DNA of 64,000 nucleotides from NCBI GenBank assembly GCA_043228905.1, contig JBHGNT010000016.1, forward strand, positions 806,001-870,000, in the 5' to 3' direction. Below the pieces are notes generated by a model. That model did no database searches and was not told the DNA's origin. It saw only the letters and a list, made by a program, of their open reading frames with translations. Below are positions 51,207 to 64,000 of this stretch, piece by piece (position 1 is the stretch's first letter; each line of letters begins with the position of its first letter). The position numbers and the translations under genes were made by a program. This DNA is from Azolla caroliniana. Lineage: Eukaryota; Plantae; Polypodiophyta.

Positions 51207-53250
51207 ATGGGCTGCACACCCTCAAAGGGTGTAGTCTCTAGCCCAAGAAGTAGAAGAACATGGAATGCCTTAATTTCCAGTGGCCTTTCAGTGCAAGTGG
51301 ACAAGAATACTAAATCAGCAACAGATTCCGATTATATAGCTGCAATCTTGTCTTCCGATTATAATAGATCTGTCAAGAAGCCCATTTCACCAGCCAAAGG
51401 TAATCTTCCCCTACGATCTTTGATAAAGTTTTATGGTAAGACGGATTTATGTGTGTGCTTGTGCTTATGCATGTGCATATGTATAACAAGACTTGTTTGT
51501 ATGCAATTCCACGAAGACTGATATAGAGAATCAAATGCATAATATATGCATGTGGTAACAAGGACTTATTTGTATGCAAATTCCATGGAGACCAATATAA
51601 AGCATCAAATCCATGTTTGTATGCAAATTCCATGGAGACCATAAGTCAACATAGAATATACACGGATAAATGTTTGTTATTTTGAAACAACTTCATTGTT
51701 TGCAATTCCAAGGAGAACAAAATATAAAGCATCGATGAAGTGTGGTTGTGTGTGTGTGCATGCGTGGGCGCACACGCATGAAACATGTATGTATGTATAT
51801 ATGTGTGGAGAAAGAACTTTCCTGTAAGTAACGTTTGTTGGAGAACAACATAAAAGATTAAAGACATAAGAGTGTATATGTATAAAAATCTGTTATATAT
51901 TTTGCAGTAATAATGAGTTTTTTTATATGTGATTTCATTGTGATATATAAAGGAATCAAAGAAACCCCAAGACATACCAAATCAAAATCTGTGCTCAATG
52001 GTGGGGATTCAGACAACGATGCTACTGAGGATGTAGCCATATCCATTGAAAAGGAGGAAAAGATTACACAATTTGAAACCATTAACACGTGGGAGCTTAT
52101 GGAGGGGCTTGATGATGATGAAGAAGAGGACGAGAATCTCTCTCTGAATCCAAGAAATGATCCTCTCCAACGGGCACTTTCCTTCAAATATATATTCTCT
52201 CGTGGAAACTATGAAGATAACAAGAACTTGGGCTTGACCTCATTTAGTCCATTCAGTGCTCCTTCAAGCCCTGAGTTCTCAGCCGCGGTGAGCCTTAAAG
52301 ACTGGCTTCCGTCCAACAACCATTCATCAAAGCATGTAGAAGAGCTTATGGGCACCTTACAGTCATCTATTCTTGAGGCTTGCCAACATATGCAAGTGAA
52401 TCCAGAACAACAAAGCCAATTGAAACATGCTGATGATGAACCAATTCAATCTATAGAAAATCTTATCACACAAGATGATTTATTCGATAAAATAGAAGTC
52501 ATGAAAGACAACTCCAAGGTACCTTTGTTTGATCCAGAATTGCTAGAATCTTTTGAGAGAGCTATGTTACAACTATCGAAGGAGGAGTGGAATGCGGTGA
52601 GAAGCATTGAAGAGAGCCCCAGTAACTTTGCTCATTTTGTGAATTCTCTCAAGAGAAGCTGCTCTAATTCTTTGTATCCACTAAAAATTGCCAACATGGA
52701 CGACTCTGCATTAGCTAGCACTCATAGAGATCATAGCAATGCAACGTACACAAACCATTCTGATACCATCTCAAAGATTAGTAATCATAGGACTGCAAAT
52801 CAAACTTCCATTCATGATGATAGAAATCGAAAGATGATTTCATTGGGAAATATATTGACCGTTAATAGACAAAATAGTTGGCAACCCAAGAAAGCCACCA
52901 CCATAAATTCCAAAGCAAATGATGGTAAATGCTTCAATGTGGTGTTCTACTCTACTACCTTACAACCTGTCACCAAAAGTTTCAAGGATTGCAATCAAGT
53001 GCGAGAGATTCTGATATCCATAATAGGTGCTACCTTTGATGAAAGGAACATCTCAAATCATCAGCAACATTTAGAAGAACTTAAGTACGCTTTGAACATC
53101 TCAGTTGCAGTCGTCCCAACTATATATGTGAAGGGAAAATATATTGTTGGGATAGATAGTATTCTTCAGTTGTACGAGAAGGGTGTGTTGGGACCAATGT
53201 TGAAAAAAGCCCTACAAGCAGAACCAGAAACCAGTGTGCCATTAATTTGA
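51207..53250 (+). CDS. plant glutaredoxin-like-domain protein (GRX-like / GRXCR-type family); exons 51207-51399 and 51953-53250 (alternative in-frame acceptor 51908)
   Basis: N-terminal MGCTPSK lipidation-type start. Family motifs ETINTWELMEGLD, PLFDPELL, VVFYSTTL...F.DC..VR.IL...DER.IS...EEL...VP..YVKG.YI.G. Phase-1 GT-AG intron. Confidence 0.85.
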
Positions 53251-54330
53251 AGAGAACAAGAATATTTTTGTTTCTTGTCTTTGTGCCATTGGAATAGTTG
53301 CTCATGCACATAATTGTATACTAGTGGTATACTTTGTGTAGATGCCTTGTAGATCTTTAAAGGATATGATCCTTTGAAGCTGTAATTTTAAGATGTACAA
53401 TAACAAATGCTGGGGAGCAGTTAGTTCCCTGGAATGTTATCATCAATCACTACACATTCTCTCCAATGATGCATGCGTGATTTGTAACGTTGTATAGTGT
53501 CATCCTTCATTTTCAAACTACCTGATGAAATTTCGGACACATTACCGCTCATGATGTAGCATTCATGGTATCATGATCCTGTTATAAAATCTGATTATGT
53601 CCAGAATAGCTGTGTCCCAAAACCTTGTTACAAGTTTACCTAGAGGATTCCATTGCAATTTAAGGGGACAATGAATGAAAAGTGTGTGTATACACAATAC
53701 TCGTACAACATTCCTAATTATAATGGCCACCAATTAATGGAAATTTGTTAGCTTTGCTCCTTTTATCATTGCGTATATTATCTACAATCTTAGTATTTCA
53801 TATAAATTGATGCGTTATCATCTCTTTTCTTCCTCCACTAGTTGCACTTATATATAAGGGGGTCTAAAATCTTCACAAGCCCTTGTATGTGTCATAACTT
53901 ATGAAATTATTGTTGGCAAGATTAACATGTCTCTTTTCTTCCTCTACTTGTAGCACTTACATACGTTAGTATCAAACTTTAACAAGTCATTGTACCTGTA
54001 ATAATTAATGAAATTATTGTCGGAAAGATTTGTCTCAACAATCTTTCTTCTTTAATATATTTATTGGAGGCTATGCAAAAGTGTATCAGGCCCATAACAT
54101 ACAACATTACTTCATTAGCATGATTGTGACGTCATCCTGTCAAGCCCATTTTAGTACTACAATTTATATGTGACAATTAAGTGTATATTGAATAAAAAAT
54201 AGTGGAACATTTTTGTTAGTCTTTTCAATGTGAAAATGCTCCATTATTAGAGAAAAACTTTTCTGATGGGAAAATAATAGTGGGTGCCTGTATCATGTCC
54301 ACACAATATTTAACTTGAGCTCTTTTTGTT

Positions 54331-57300
54331 TTAGTGTTCTAGCAAAGACATGTTAGATTTTGCGGATCTTTCCAGAATGTCAAGGTAATCCATCACCAAT
54401 GGATCTGTCCATGGTGCTCCAAAAGGTGCATCACTACCTGCAACCCATCCAAGGTGACCACCAGCAGGAGTCACAACAAGGAAACAATGGCGGTTTTCCT
54501 GCAAACAAGTTTGGGAATGATCAGACAATATCTCAAGTATAACAACATAAGTATGGTATACACATACACATGTATAACGATATTGTGGACATGTGTATAT
54601 GCTTCATATACATCATCAATATACACTATATTCCAAAAAGATGTGTAAATGATCAAGCAAACCATAATTTCAGCACGTGGTATTCCGCGAGAAGGTGCAA
54701 TCGGATCGTCTTCAGCCTGGTTTCAGCAAAACAAATGTGGATTTACTAATTAATAAAGTTTCCTGGTGATTTGACAATGAACTACAGACAGCTCCATGCA
54801 AAGACATGATATCACCTGAATACAAAGAAGGGGGACCTTCACATCCTTAATAGAGCGTGAACTGCTTGCATATTCGTAGTACTCATCCACCGATTTATAT
54901 CCGAATGACACTATACAAACAAACATATGTCCATTAGAAATTAAAACTACAGCAAAAAATGATAACTTCAGTAATAAACTGCAGGTTTGTATTTCATATT
55001 GCTAAAAAGGGGAGGGCATACAGTAAACTAAAAAGTCAAAGAAAAGAGAGAAAACACGAATGCACATCATGCTTGCCTCGGGTAAGGCCATCATCAAAAT
55101 CACGAACTGTTCTTGCAGCAGCTACCTTTGGGATGTTGTACTCACCTCCAATGTTTTCAAAGAGAGCTGCATGTCTATAGCCCAAAAGACATCCAAACAA
55201 CAATAGATGAGCAGAAGCACCAAATCTCTCTCTACATTGAAATGCGTTTAGAATTTTAATTTTCAGGAGCACTCGTTTCTTAAAATTTGACATCAAGGTT
55301 GGAATCATATGATAATCACAAAACCTTACTTCTTGAAGATCTTCCGTAGAGACCCTGCAAGAGCTGAATCATAAACATTATTGAATCCCTTGTGAAAGTC
55401 TTCATCAGCTATGGTCAGATTGAATGGATTGCAAAGAGACACTGCTCCAGTTAGTGGACAACTGACTCCCTCCTGCACAGAGGAAAATGTTAGGATCATA
55501 CAGTAATAGCTAGGTAGTACCACCTGTCTCCAAGCAATAATATAAGCTAATAGCAATTTATACTCATAGACACCCATTTTATTCTATTCAAGATTAACAG
55601 CCAAACTACCTTAACCTCTACACTATTAACACTACAAGAATATTCTGCCTTTCATCTATTCTCCACAAAAACCTGAGGAATAGAAATATTTACGCATGAT
55701 TGCATCCAACAAAGAAAGTTTTTCATTCAGTGGTAAAAGTGTTTTTTCAATAAGAACTGTACAAGGAATTAGAAACTAGATAAAAATGTCTCATTTCGAT
55801 AAGAACTGTACAGGGACTATGCAACAAGACTAAGGAATTACACCATGCAAATCAATATTTTACATTAAATGGAAACGTCCATCTCTCTCACTAAAGAAAT
55901 GTACCCAAATCACGCCATAGACTATACGAAACCTCAGCACTTGCCTGACCAAGGTATCTGACCAGAATATTGCCACCCAGTGACCATCCAGCTGCATATA
56001 GACGGGAGTTTGGTAACAGTTCTCCCACATGCTTAACAACTTGACGAAGATCTTCTGTGAATGATGCTGAATAGAACTGCAGAGTGTGGCATTCATCAAC
56101 AGTTAAAATATTCTGAGGAATACTTTCCACTATGATCACATAGTAATTCGTTGATGTAGTAGATTCTTGACTTTAATGTTTGACAAAGGGTAAGAAAGGA
56201 CAAGAAATGTGTCGTTTACTAACCTGCGGAGATGTCACTGGACTTTGTGCACAACCACGACTATTGAAGACTACTGCATTCCAACCACGCTTTTGAGCTC
56301 TAGTCAACATGTGCCGAACATAGGTATCACCACTTCCTCCCGTGAGACCTGGCTGCAAATGATTATTTATTTTCTGTTATGATCTCTCTCTGTAATTCAT
56401 ATTATTTTCTGTTCTACCAATGCCAATTAGGAGACTTTGGCATTTTGTGGCACAGCAAGAAATTTAAGGATTGATTTCATTATATGTATATGAAAAGTCT
56501 TCTATCTAAAATTTTATATAAACATTTGATATTTTTCCTCATAGACAAAAATAGAAACTAGATAGGCCACCGTGTACTTAATTCAACTATTGCTGATCGT
56601 GATTATTCCATGGTCATACCACCCATAAACCTGTTGCAAAATAGCAGTTCCTATAGGTGAATAACATTCAACACAATTGCTTCAAGCATGAGAGACTTGT
56701 TGCATTGGTTGTGACTAGTATTCAATTCTAGCACTAGAAATGCATTCTAGCGTCCCTTTATGTCTTCTGTAGAAGATTCTCCTCTTCGTGATAAGGTTTC
56801 TCTTGACAAACCAAACCACAACATGTATGAGTAATAAAATAATAAACATGTATGAGTAAAATGTATGAGTAATAATAATATGAGTAAAATATGCATAAGG
56901 AGAGTAATGCATTGGATTCCTGGCTACCTTTTATCAACTTACCCAAAATGAAATTTTCATTAGAGCATTTTTTAATGCAGACAATCGACCTCAAAGAAAA
57001 TGTTCAAATATTTATTTCTGGAGCCCTACCAAAAGTATCAAGACAGGATTTCCATCTTTCACACTAACTAATGTTGTATCACAGTCAGATCCCCCAACAG
57101 GCCAATCCAATGCAACAGTTCCATTGTCATGCATCCTCAAGCATTCTCTTCGAAACACAATGTTTGGAAGAGACCGAAAGAAAGCCGCAAATATTGTCTC
57201 TTGATGCCTATTTACAATCATAGGATGACTCTTATAATCCTGCTTGAGCACGGGTAAAGCATCCAGCAAAACCTTTCCTAAACCTGTTGGATTGGTGATG

Positions 57301-57861
57301 ATTTCAAGGGATCCTGATGACCTGTGTCCAAAACGGGAAATCCATAGAATTCTTCATTATAATTGCACGACCACATATTAAGTCTTATATCTGAAGCTTA
57401 TTCTAGGTTTTGAAGCTCCTTTCAATTTCGCCAAGATTCATTCTACGTTATCAAATTTCATTCTATTCGTTCAATCTGCATTTTAGATTTTTGGGCTTCA
57501 TTCCGTGCTTGCAAGCTTCAACCTAGGTTTCGAGCATCATTTTCAGGGTCTTCCAACGTCACTCTATGCTATCAACAATCAGTTTAGATTTCTCAAGCTT
57601 CAATCTAGCATTTCAAGTTCGATGTTAGGTTTTCGTTGCGCTGCCACACGCATACATATACATACATACATACATACATACATACCTGTACGTCTGTACA
57701 GAAGAAGGTCCTGCTCCCATGGCTGAAGAGCGAGGAGATGCACACAATGAAAGCTTCAGCAAGGAAAAAGAATGTGGGGCTGAAGAGCGAGGAGGTGCAC
57801 ACAATGAAGACTTCAGCAAAGCAAGAGAATGTGGGTAGGAAGGGGGAGGGGACATCTGCAT
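54331..57861 (-). CDS. alpha/beta-fold hydrolase (ABHD1/3, YheT, EMB8-like); exons 57861-57686, 57321-57030, 56352-56224, 56076-55945, 55472-55330, 55174-55077, 54910-54816, 54716-54663, 54498-54331
   Basis: Motifs NRHQETIFAAFFR, VALDW, PGLTGGS, FNSRGC, nucleophile GWSLG, CNPF, AEDDPI (acid), GGHLGW (His). All nine listed coding exons join with consistent phases. Start codon uncertain (57861, 57855 or 57720). Confidence 0.92.
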
Positions 57862-58035
57862 CTCCAAACAAGAAGAAGAAGAAGAGGATGAAGCATTTCC
57901 ACGCACACACACACACACACATATGTACATATTAAAACACTAGAGAGATAGAGATATATATACATACATATACATATACATATACATATGACTAGTAAAT
58001 TAAGATATATGTATGGAGTAATAGAGTGGTGAGAA

Positions 58036-58092
58036 ACTAGGAATTCGAACCCAAGACCTAATGCAATAACAACTTGCCACTAGGCCAAGCTA
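58036..58092 (-). repeat. tRNA-derived (SINE-like) Pol III head
   Basis: Minus strand shows TGGCCTAGTGG (A box) and GGTTCGAATT (B box). Confidence 0.35.
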
Positions 58093-59180
58093 ATTATAGC
58101 AAAAATTTGACCGCATAGTCAAAACCCAAAAAATGTATGTGGGGTCTCAGTGGACATTCATTCACTACAAGAGTGGGGACACAAGATGCGGCTATTGTTG
58201 GGTGATGAAGCATAGGCTCTTCCTATGTCGATTCTCATCATGTGATACAAGCAACACCTAGAGGGGGTGGATTCATCCACTTCTAAATGTCGATATTTAT
58301 TAAAAGGCCTTGGATCTTCGTCTTCACTTGGGTTACTCGAAACTATTCATATACATTACAATCAACCCTCTCTTTCGTCTATAAGACTCAAGCATGATGA
58401 AGACTTAGGCGAAAGAGATAGGCATGCCTATATCTCAACCTATTTGGTTTAATAATGTCTCTACATTCCTTCTACGCGGTTACCAATGCCCCATCTAGAT
58501 ATTGTTGATTGTCTTGGCCCACCTTACCTCTCTCAAGTTGAAACAACAACTAAGCAATGCTCGAGGAATGTAGAAACGTAGGCTTGAATGACATATATGT
58601 GGTGTGGACATATATTAAACACACTAAATCTTATATGGTTACACATACCCACAAAATAAAATCATACGAACACTCACAAACATGCATACTCACATAACTA
58701 CATTAACGTGCATACTATTTTACAATTCTATAATAAAAACGATAGTTTATACACATCATCCTATATATTTCTTATTTGCACTTCTGCAACTAGCCAACTA
58801 AATACATAGGCGTTATACCCACATACAATTGTATATACTAGAAGAATGCAAGAAGCTAGTGGATATTCATACTAATATTTTCGAAGGTTGTTCATGTGCA
58901 TCCTACATTCCCCACAAGGGGAAATTACAATTGCATTAGCACATTTCAAGCGAAATATTATCCAATTTGTTGCCCTACATCAAGAACATTATTTTCCCTA
59001 GCTTGGGTCCTTACTAGTTCCCCTCAATTTTCAAACACATGCTTGTAATTTCAAGACACACTAAATATATATATTGTCCAATATTTCATTGAAGGGGAGG
59101 GTATAACACATAGGAGAACAACGATTAAAGGCATCATGGTGACAATTACTTAATGAAGTATCCCACACAAAAAATCTCGT

Positions 59181-59490
59181 TGTCGCGGAAATCCGCGGCT
59201 TGCGGGTCAGCTCGGGCGGGACCACTGGGGTCTCGGACCGGAGAGGATGTTGATGGGTAACTAGGCTTTGTCGGTGTTGATTACCTCGACTAGGGCCCCG
59301 GCCTAGTCATCGTCTCTTTATGGTGATTGCTTGTTGGCTTCGTTTGGTTTGGCTAGCCGACTCCCCTTCGTCCTTTCGGGCCGGTTGAACCGGATCGCCT
59401 CTTGATCATTCAGATGGGGCCCCGCGGCCCTGACCTACTCTTTGCAACTATATTGGCCTCCCTTTCGACTACCATGACGCTAGATAAGAC

Positions 59491-59525
<35 letters not shown>

Positions 59526-62500
59526 TACACAGAAACCGACAAGAGAGAAAGCATGACAAACATCCGACACAAAAGTGATGCGTTATGAACAACTAAAAGT
59601 ATATACCTAAAACAACTGATTACACCCCTTGACTTCGAGTCAAACCAAAACGAACTGGATACAATGAGTATCTATAGGCAAGTCTCCAGCCCGGGAACTC
59701 TCAGGCTCATAGGTGTGAGTGGAGGCCTTGCACTGTAGTCTACGAAGAAAACAAAAACCTTACGAGCATTCGAGCTCAAGAAACCCTTAACGAATAGAGA
59801 ACCTATCCACCTAACCCTAACCCTAAACTCCCCAAGAATGGACTAAACCCTAACAGAGAAACCAAAACCCGAAACCGAAAACAAACGGAACCCTTGTGTT
59901 GGTTGCTACTGGTCTGGCCCGTTGGTCCTAGGGCCGACCATGCCCTTGTTTGGGAGCTCGTCTCCTTTGTCGTCTTTGTTCCTTCATTTCGAGCATGCCA
60001 AACTTTTCCACCCAATCCACCATATCTGCCACACGTCATCGAACCATCGTCATCATCCAGCCCACCATATCTGGTGCTCGTGCCTTCATCCCCGACCAAC
60101 TGTCGCAAGCTTATCAAACGATGTTGTCGTCCCGACTGTTCTTCCTGGGTATAACCCTCTGTCCTCCGATTGTACTTCCGACCACGTACCATGGGCTCAA
60201 CTGCTTCCGTCAAGCACAACCCTTCGTGCGTCTTGTAGGCGCCTCCTTTGCCCGGACCATCTCGTCGATCCAGGCACTTTGGCATGTCGTCCTTCCTCGT
60301 TCCGCGCTTGCCTCCTGAAAGCTCCACCCGTACGTCGACGAACACCTCCTTCAAATATGTGAGTGTCCCTAAGCACTTAGGTGACCACATTACACGCATC
60401 TCGTCTCGCCCTTCCTCGTGGTTTTCTCTTACGGTAGAGTACACTACCATCCTGACATTCGTGTCAGTGTTCTCTACTTTGGTGTCCTCCGTAACCTCCG
60501 ATATTGTCGCCTTGTCCTAAGGAACACCTCTCCAATCCGGTTGGCCTGTTTGGCCCCCATCATCCACCGTAACGCTCCGTTCGACACCTTCGGCACCGTC
60601 GCCTGTTACGACCTTTGACTCCTCGTCGCCACCCTCTGTCTCTCTGATCTTACGTTGATCCGCAACCGCCGAAGTCTCGACATCATGTGTGGAGTATTCT
60701 TCTCATCCTCGGTCCTTCTCTCTGTGGTCATCATGCCTGCTTGGCATTCTCATCGTGCTCACCAGTTTCGACAAGGTGTCGAGGTTTGTCCCCTTCGCAC
60801 TTCGACTGGGTCGGCTTCGCCTCTATCCCGATTGGTCTCGGCAGATCAGCTTCCGTCTTGGTCAGCTTTCGTTTGGATCTTCTTTCGGCCGAACAGTTTT
60901 AATCGAGTCGGTCTTCTTCTGGATCGGGTTCGACCTATTGGTCTCGGCCGAGTCATGTGTTGGTTCGGTCGGGTCCAGATGATCGACTATCTTTTAGGTC
61001 AGTTCCACTCAAGTTGAGAAACCAACCAGAGCATTGTCCTTCTGGGTCAGATTGCCGGTTGAATCCTTTTTCGATCAGATTGGGTCCCGACTCTTCCTTT
61101 CTTGCCGCCTGATGCCTCTTCATCGACCTCTATCGCGGCTTCAACCTTGGCCCCCTCGTAGACCACCTCCTTCCCTTCGTGTTCATTGGCCTCGAACCAT
61201 GCCTCCTTGCCGCCACCTCCCATCTCTCCAGTCTCACATTGGCACACGGGTACAACTGCCGAAGTCTTCGGAATCGGTGTGGAGGGATCCCTTCATCTGT
61301 TGTCATCCACCTCATTGTCTTCGTTGTCATCTCGATCCTTCACTTTCCCGTCCCCACCTTCCATCTCTCTAATCTCAGGTTGGCACTCGGGCACAATTGC
61401 CGAAGTCTCTAGAATCGGTGTGGGGAAAACCTTGACACCATCGCTCATCGACGACTTGTCCATAGCCACCTCCACTCAAATGTCATTGTCAGTGGCTATC
61501 TCCTCTTCTCCGTCCCCGATCCTGCAAGCTTCAATTATGCTTGCATCTACTCTACTTGATGTTCCAACCAATCGTGTCCCAAAACATCCATCGTCTTCAG
61601 AAGTGGCCTCTGTCACTCCACTGTTCCCGGCCTTATCCTTGGCCGTCTTTTCTCTGTAAAACGAGAGGGTGGCTTGCTCCGCACCCTCTCCCGTGGTACT
61701 ATCGTACCCTGCTTCGAGCTCCGTATAGGCCCCGACCTTCGTGCCCAGGGAGATGACTTCCTCCCCGTCCTCCAGTCCTCTCGAGTCTGACTGTCTATCG
61801 AACCTTCCCTCATCATATCGACCTTCTTCCTCAAGATCTGAATGCTTCCCTGATCAAGGCCTTGACGTTGAGCACCGCCAAACCATCCCATAGTGCGCCC
61901 TCTTGCTATTGTGATGGCACGCCGTCGCGTGTCACCCTCCTTTGACCACTCATGGGCCGTGTCCTGGCTAGAGAGGGTCCCGTCTGCTTCTTGTCAAGCC
62001 GCAAGCATACCCTCTCGACTTTTGTCCAGTGCTCAATGAAACCATTTGCATCGTCGTCATCTTCAAGCTCGAGTCTGATGACCATCCATTCCTTCCGGTC
62101 GATCAACTTTACGAACAACGGGACTTTATCCAGTCTCTGTTCCCGCTCCGAAAGTTGAACAAAACGTCGCTTGAACTCTAAGAACGCTTCCATTGCACCT
62201 TGATGGGTCTTCACCGATGTCACCCATTGATCGAACTCACACTGATCTTGTCCCTTAGGCCTCTCGAAGTCGTACATGCCTCCAATAGCGACTTTTCGAA
62301 GGCCTCCCACGAACTATGAGCTTCTCAGAGCTCCTTTATCTCCCCATGCATTCGTACGGCTACCACACGACAACAGAAATACTCTAGCCTCATTGCTTCA
62401 TCGTCATCTCAGCATTGTAGGCATCCAAAAAGAATGGGACTCAATCTCTGTTGAAATGGCCAACTCAATCGACCACACTCTTGACAGCTCGCCGCGTTGC

Positions 62501-63529
62501 GTCTCGTTTCCTCTCTACCTATCCGAAGTCCATCACTATCCTTGCCATCATCTCCGCAAAGCCTTTATCTTCCATCCTCGTCCTCCCGTTTCGCGTCGGG
62601 TTCACCAAAAGAGATGTTACGAAAATCCGTGGCTTGCGGGTCGACTCAGGTGAGACCACTAGGGTCTCGAACCGGAGAGGATGTTGATGGGTAACTAGGC
62701 TTCGTCGATATTGATTACCCCAACTAGGGCTTCGGCCTAGTCGTCGTCTCTCCGTGGTGGATGCTTGTCAGCTTCGTCTGGTTTGGATGGCCAACTCCCC
62801 TTCATTCTTCCAGGTTGGTCAAACCGGATCGCCTCCTGATCATTCAAATGGGGCTCCATGGTCATGACCTACGCTTTGCAACTATATTGGCCTCCCTTTC
62901 GACTACCGCGACACCAGATAAGAAATCGAGAGAGAGAGAGAGAGACACACACACACACACACACTTATACAAAGAAATCGGCAAGGGAGAAAGCATGACA
63001 AACATCTAACACAGAAAGTGATGCATTATGCACAACTAAAAGTACATACCTAAAACAGTTGCTTACACCCCAGACTTCGAGCCAAACCAAAAAGAATTGG
63101 ATACAATGAGTATCTACAAGCAAGCCTCCAATCGGGGAGCTCTCGGGCTCGCAACTACGAGTGGAGGCCTTGCACATTAGTCTACGAAGAAAATAGAAAC
63201 CTTACGAGCATTTGAGCTCAAGAAACTCTCGACGAATAGAGAACCTATCCACCAAACCCTAACTCTAAACACCCCAAGAACGAACTAGATACAACGAGTA
63301 TCTACATGCAAGCCTCTAGTCGAGGAGCTCTCAGACTCACAATTGCGAGTGGAGGCCTTTGCACAATAGTCTACAAAGAAAACAAAAACCTTACAAGCAT
63401 TCGAACTCAAGAAACCCTTGACAAATAGAGAACCTTTCCACCAAACCCTAACCCTAAACTCCCTAAGAAGGGATTACACCCTAATAGAAAAACCAAAACC
63501 CAAAACTGAAAAAAACCTGATCCCTATGA
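59181..63529 (-). mobile_element. non-autonomous gypsy-type LTR element (LTRs ~59181-59895 and ~62614-63529; gag remnant only)
   Basis: Long direct repeats; PBS-like TGGTGAACCCGA on the minus strand at ~62596-62607, as in the 18.9 kb element; gag-like peptide in 61906-62310; no RT or IN motifs seen; possible degenerate TSD CTCGT / TTCGT. Confidence 0.85.
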
Positions 63530-63534
63530 TTCGT

Positions 63535-64000
63535 GAGAAAGATCGACTAGGAAATACACAACAATGTGGAAAGACAAAAAAAACAGCAAATGCATAGTAC
63601 ACAATGATTTACGTGGAAAATCCTAAACAGGGGAAAAAACCACGGGAACAGAGATATTCCACTATACAATAGAAATACAAGAGGGGACGAAAATACAACA
63701 CTCTCTAAACATAGTGTATCAGACACGCAGGGCTCTTGGCATCTAAGCTAACTCAGTTATGGCGCCTCTCTCTCTCTCTCCCTCTCTATGCACAACCCTT
63801 CACCAGGTTCTGCAACATTGTGCTACTACACTGCAGAAACTCTATTCTGCTACAATTTACTCTGCAACTGCACACTCTCTCTGTTTGCCTAGTGTATTTA
63901 TACTTATACATTGTATGGGCTATTTACAAATGTAACCACTGCTACTGTCATTCCAATTATTCTATTAAATAACAATAATAGTTTAATCAGTCGATTGCCC
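63535..64000 (-). repeat. copia-type LTR fragment
   Basis: The reverse complement contains CCCGTGGTTTTTTCCCCTGTTTAGGATTTTCCACGT, resembling the U5 region of the LTRs at ~22037 and ~27408. Confidence 0.5.

Noticed and set aside
59810-59870. CCCTAA / AAACCCT motifs as interstitial telomere
   Set aside because: Only a few imperfect units, and they are part of the LTR sequence in both copies.
59803-61891. Many overlapping 60-215 aa ORFs
   Set aside because: GC-rich interior of a decayed LTR element; no recognisable domains.

Overview
Nuclear DNA of a large-genome land plant, most likely a fern (inferred from a cox1 copy that needs both C-to-U and U-to-C editing). Bases 1-29.6 kb are a nest of decayed Ty3/gypsy and Ty1/copia LTR retrotransposons, solo LTRs and hAT-type MITEs. 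This nest includes a ~2.8 kb mitochondrial-type insertion (unedited cox1 3' part) sitting in frame inside a copia protease region. Bases 30-58 kb are a gene island with four host genes: a 6-exon CAD1-like MACPF gene, an intronless-CDS multi-pass membrane protein, a 2-exon glutaredoxin-domain gene, and an 8-exon minus-strand alpha/beta hydrolase with two GC-AG introns. LTR elements resume after 59 kb. The most unusual structure is at 492-2002: a retroelement whose two ends are the same LTR end in INVERTED orientation, yet it has TG..CA termini and a perfect 5-bp target-site duplication, plus a self-priming (Tf1/sushi-type) primer site. All calls were made by eye from the sequence and ORF track; no database searches were run.
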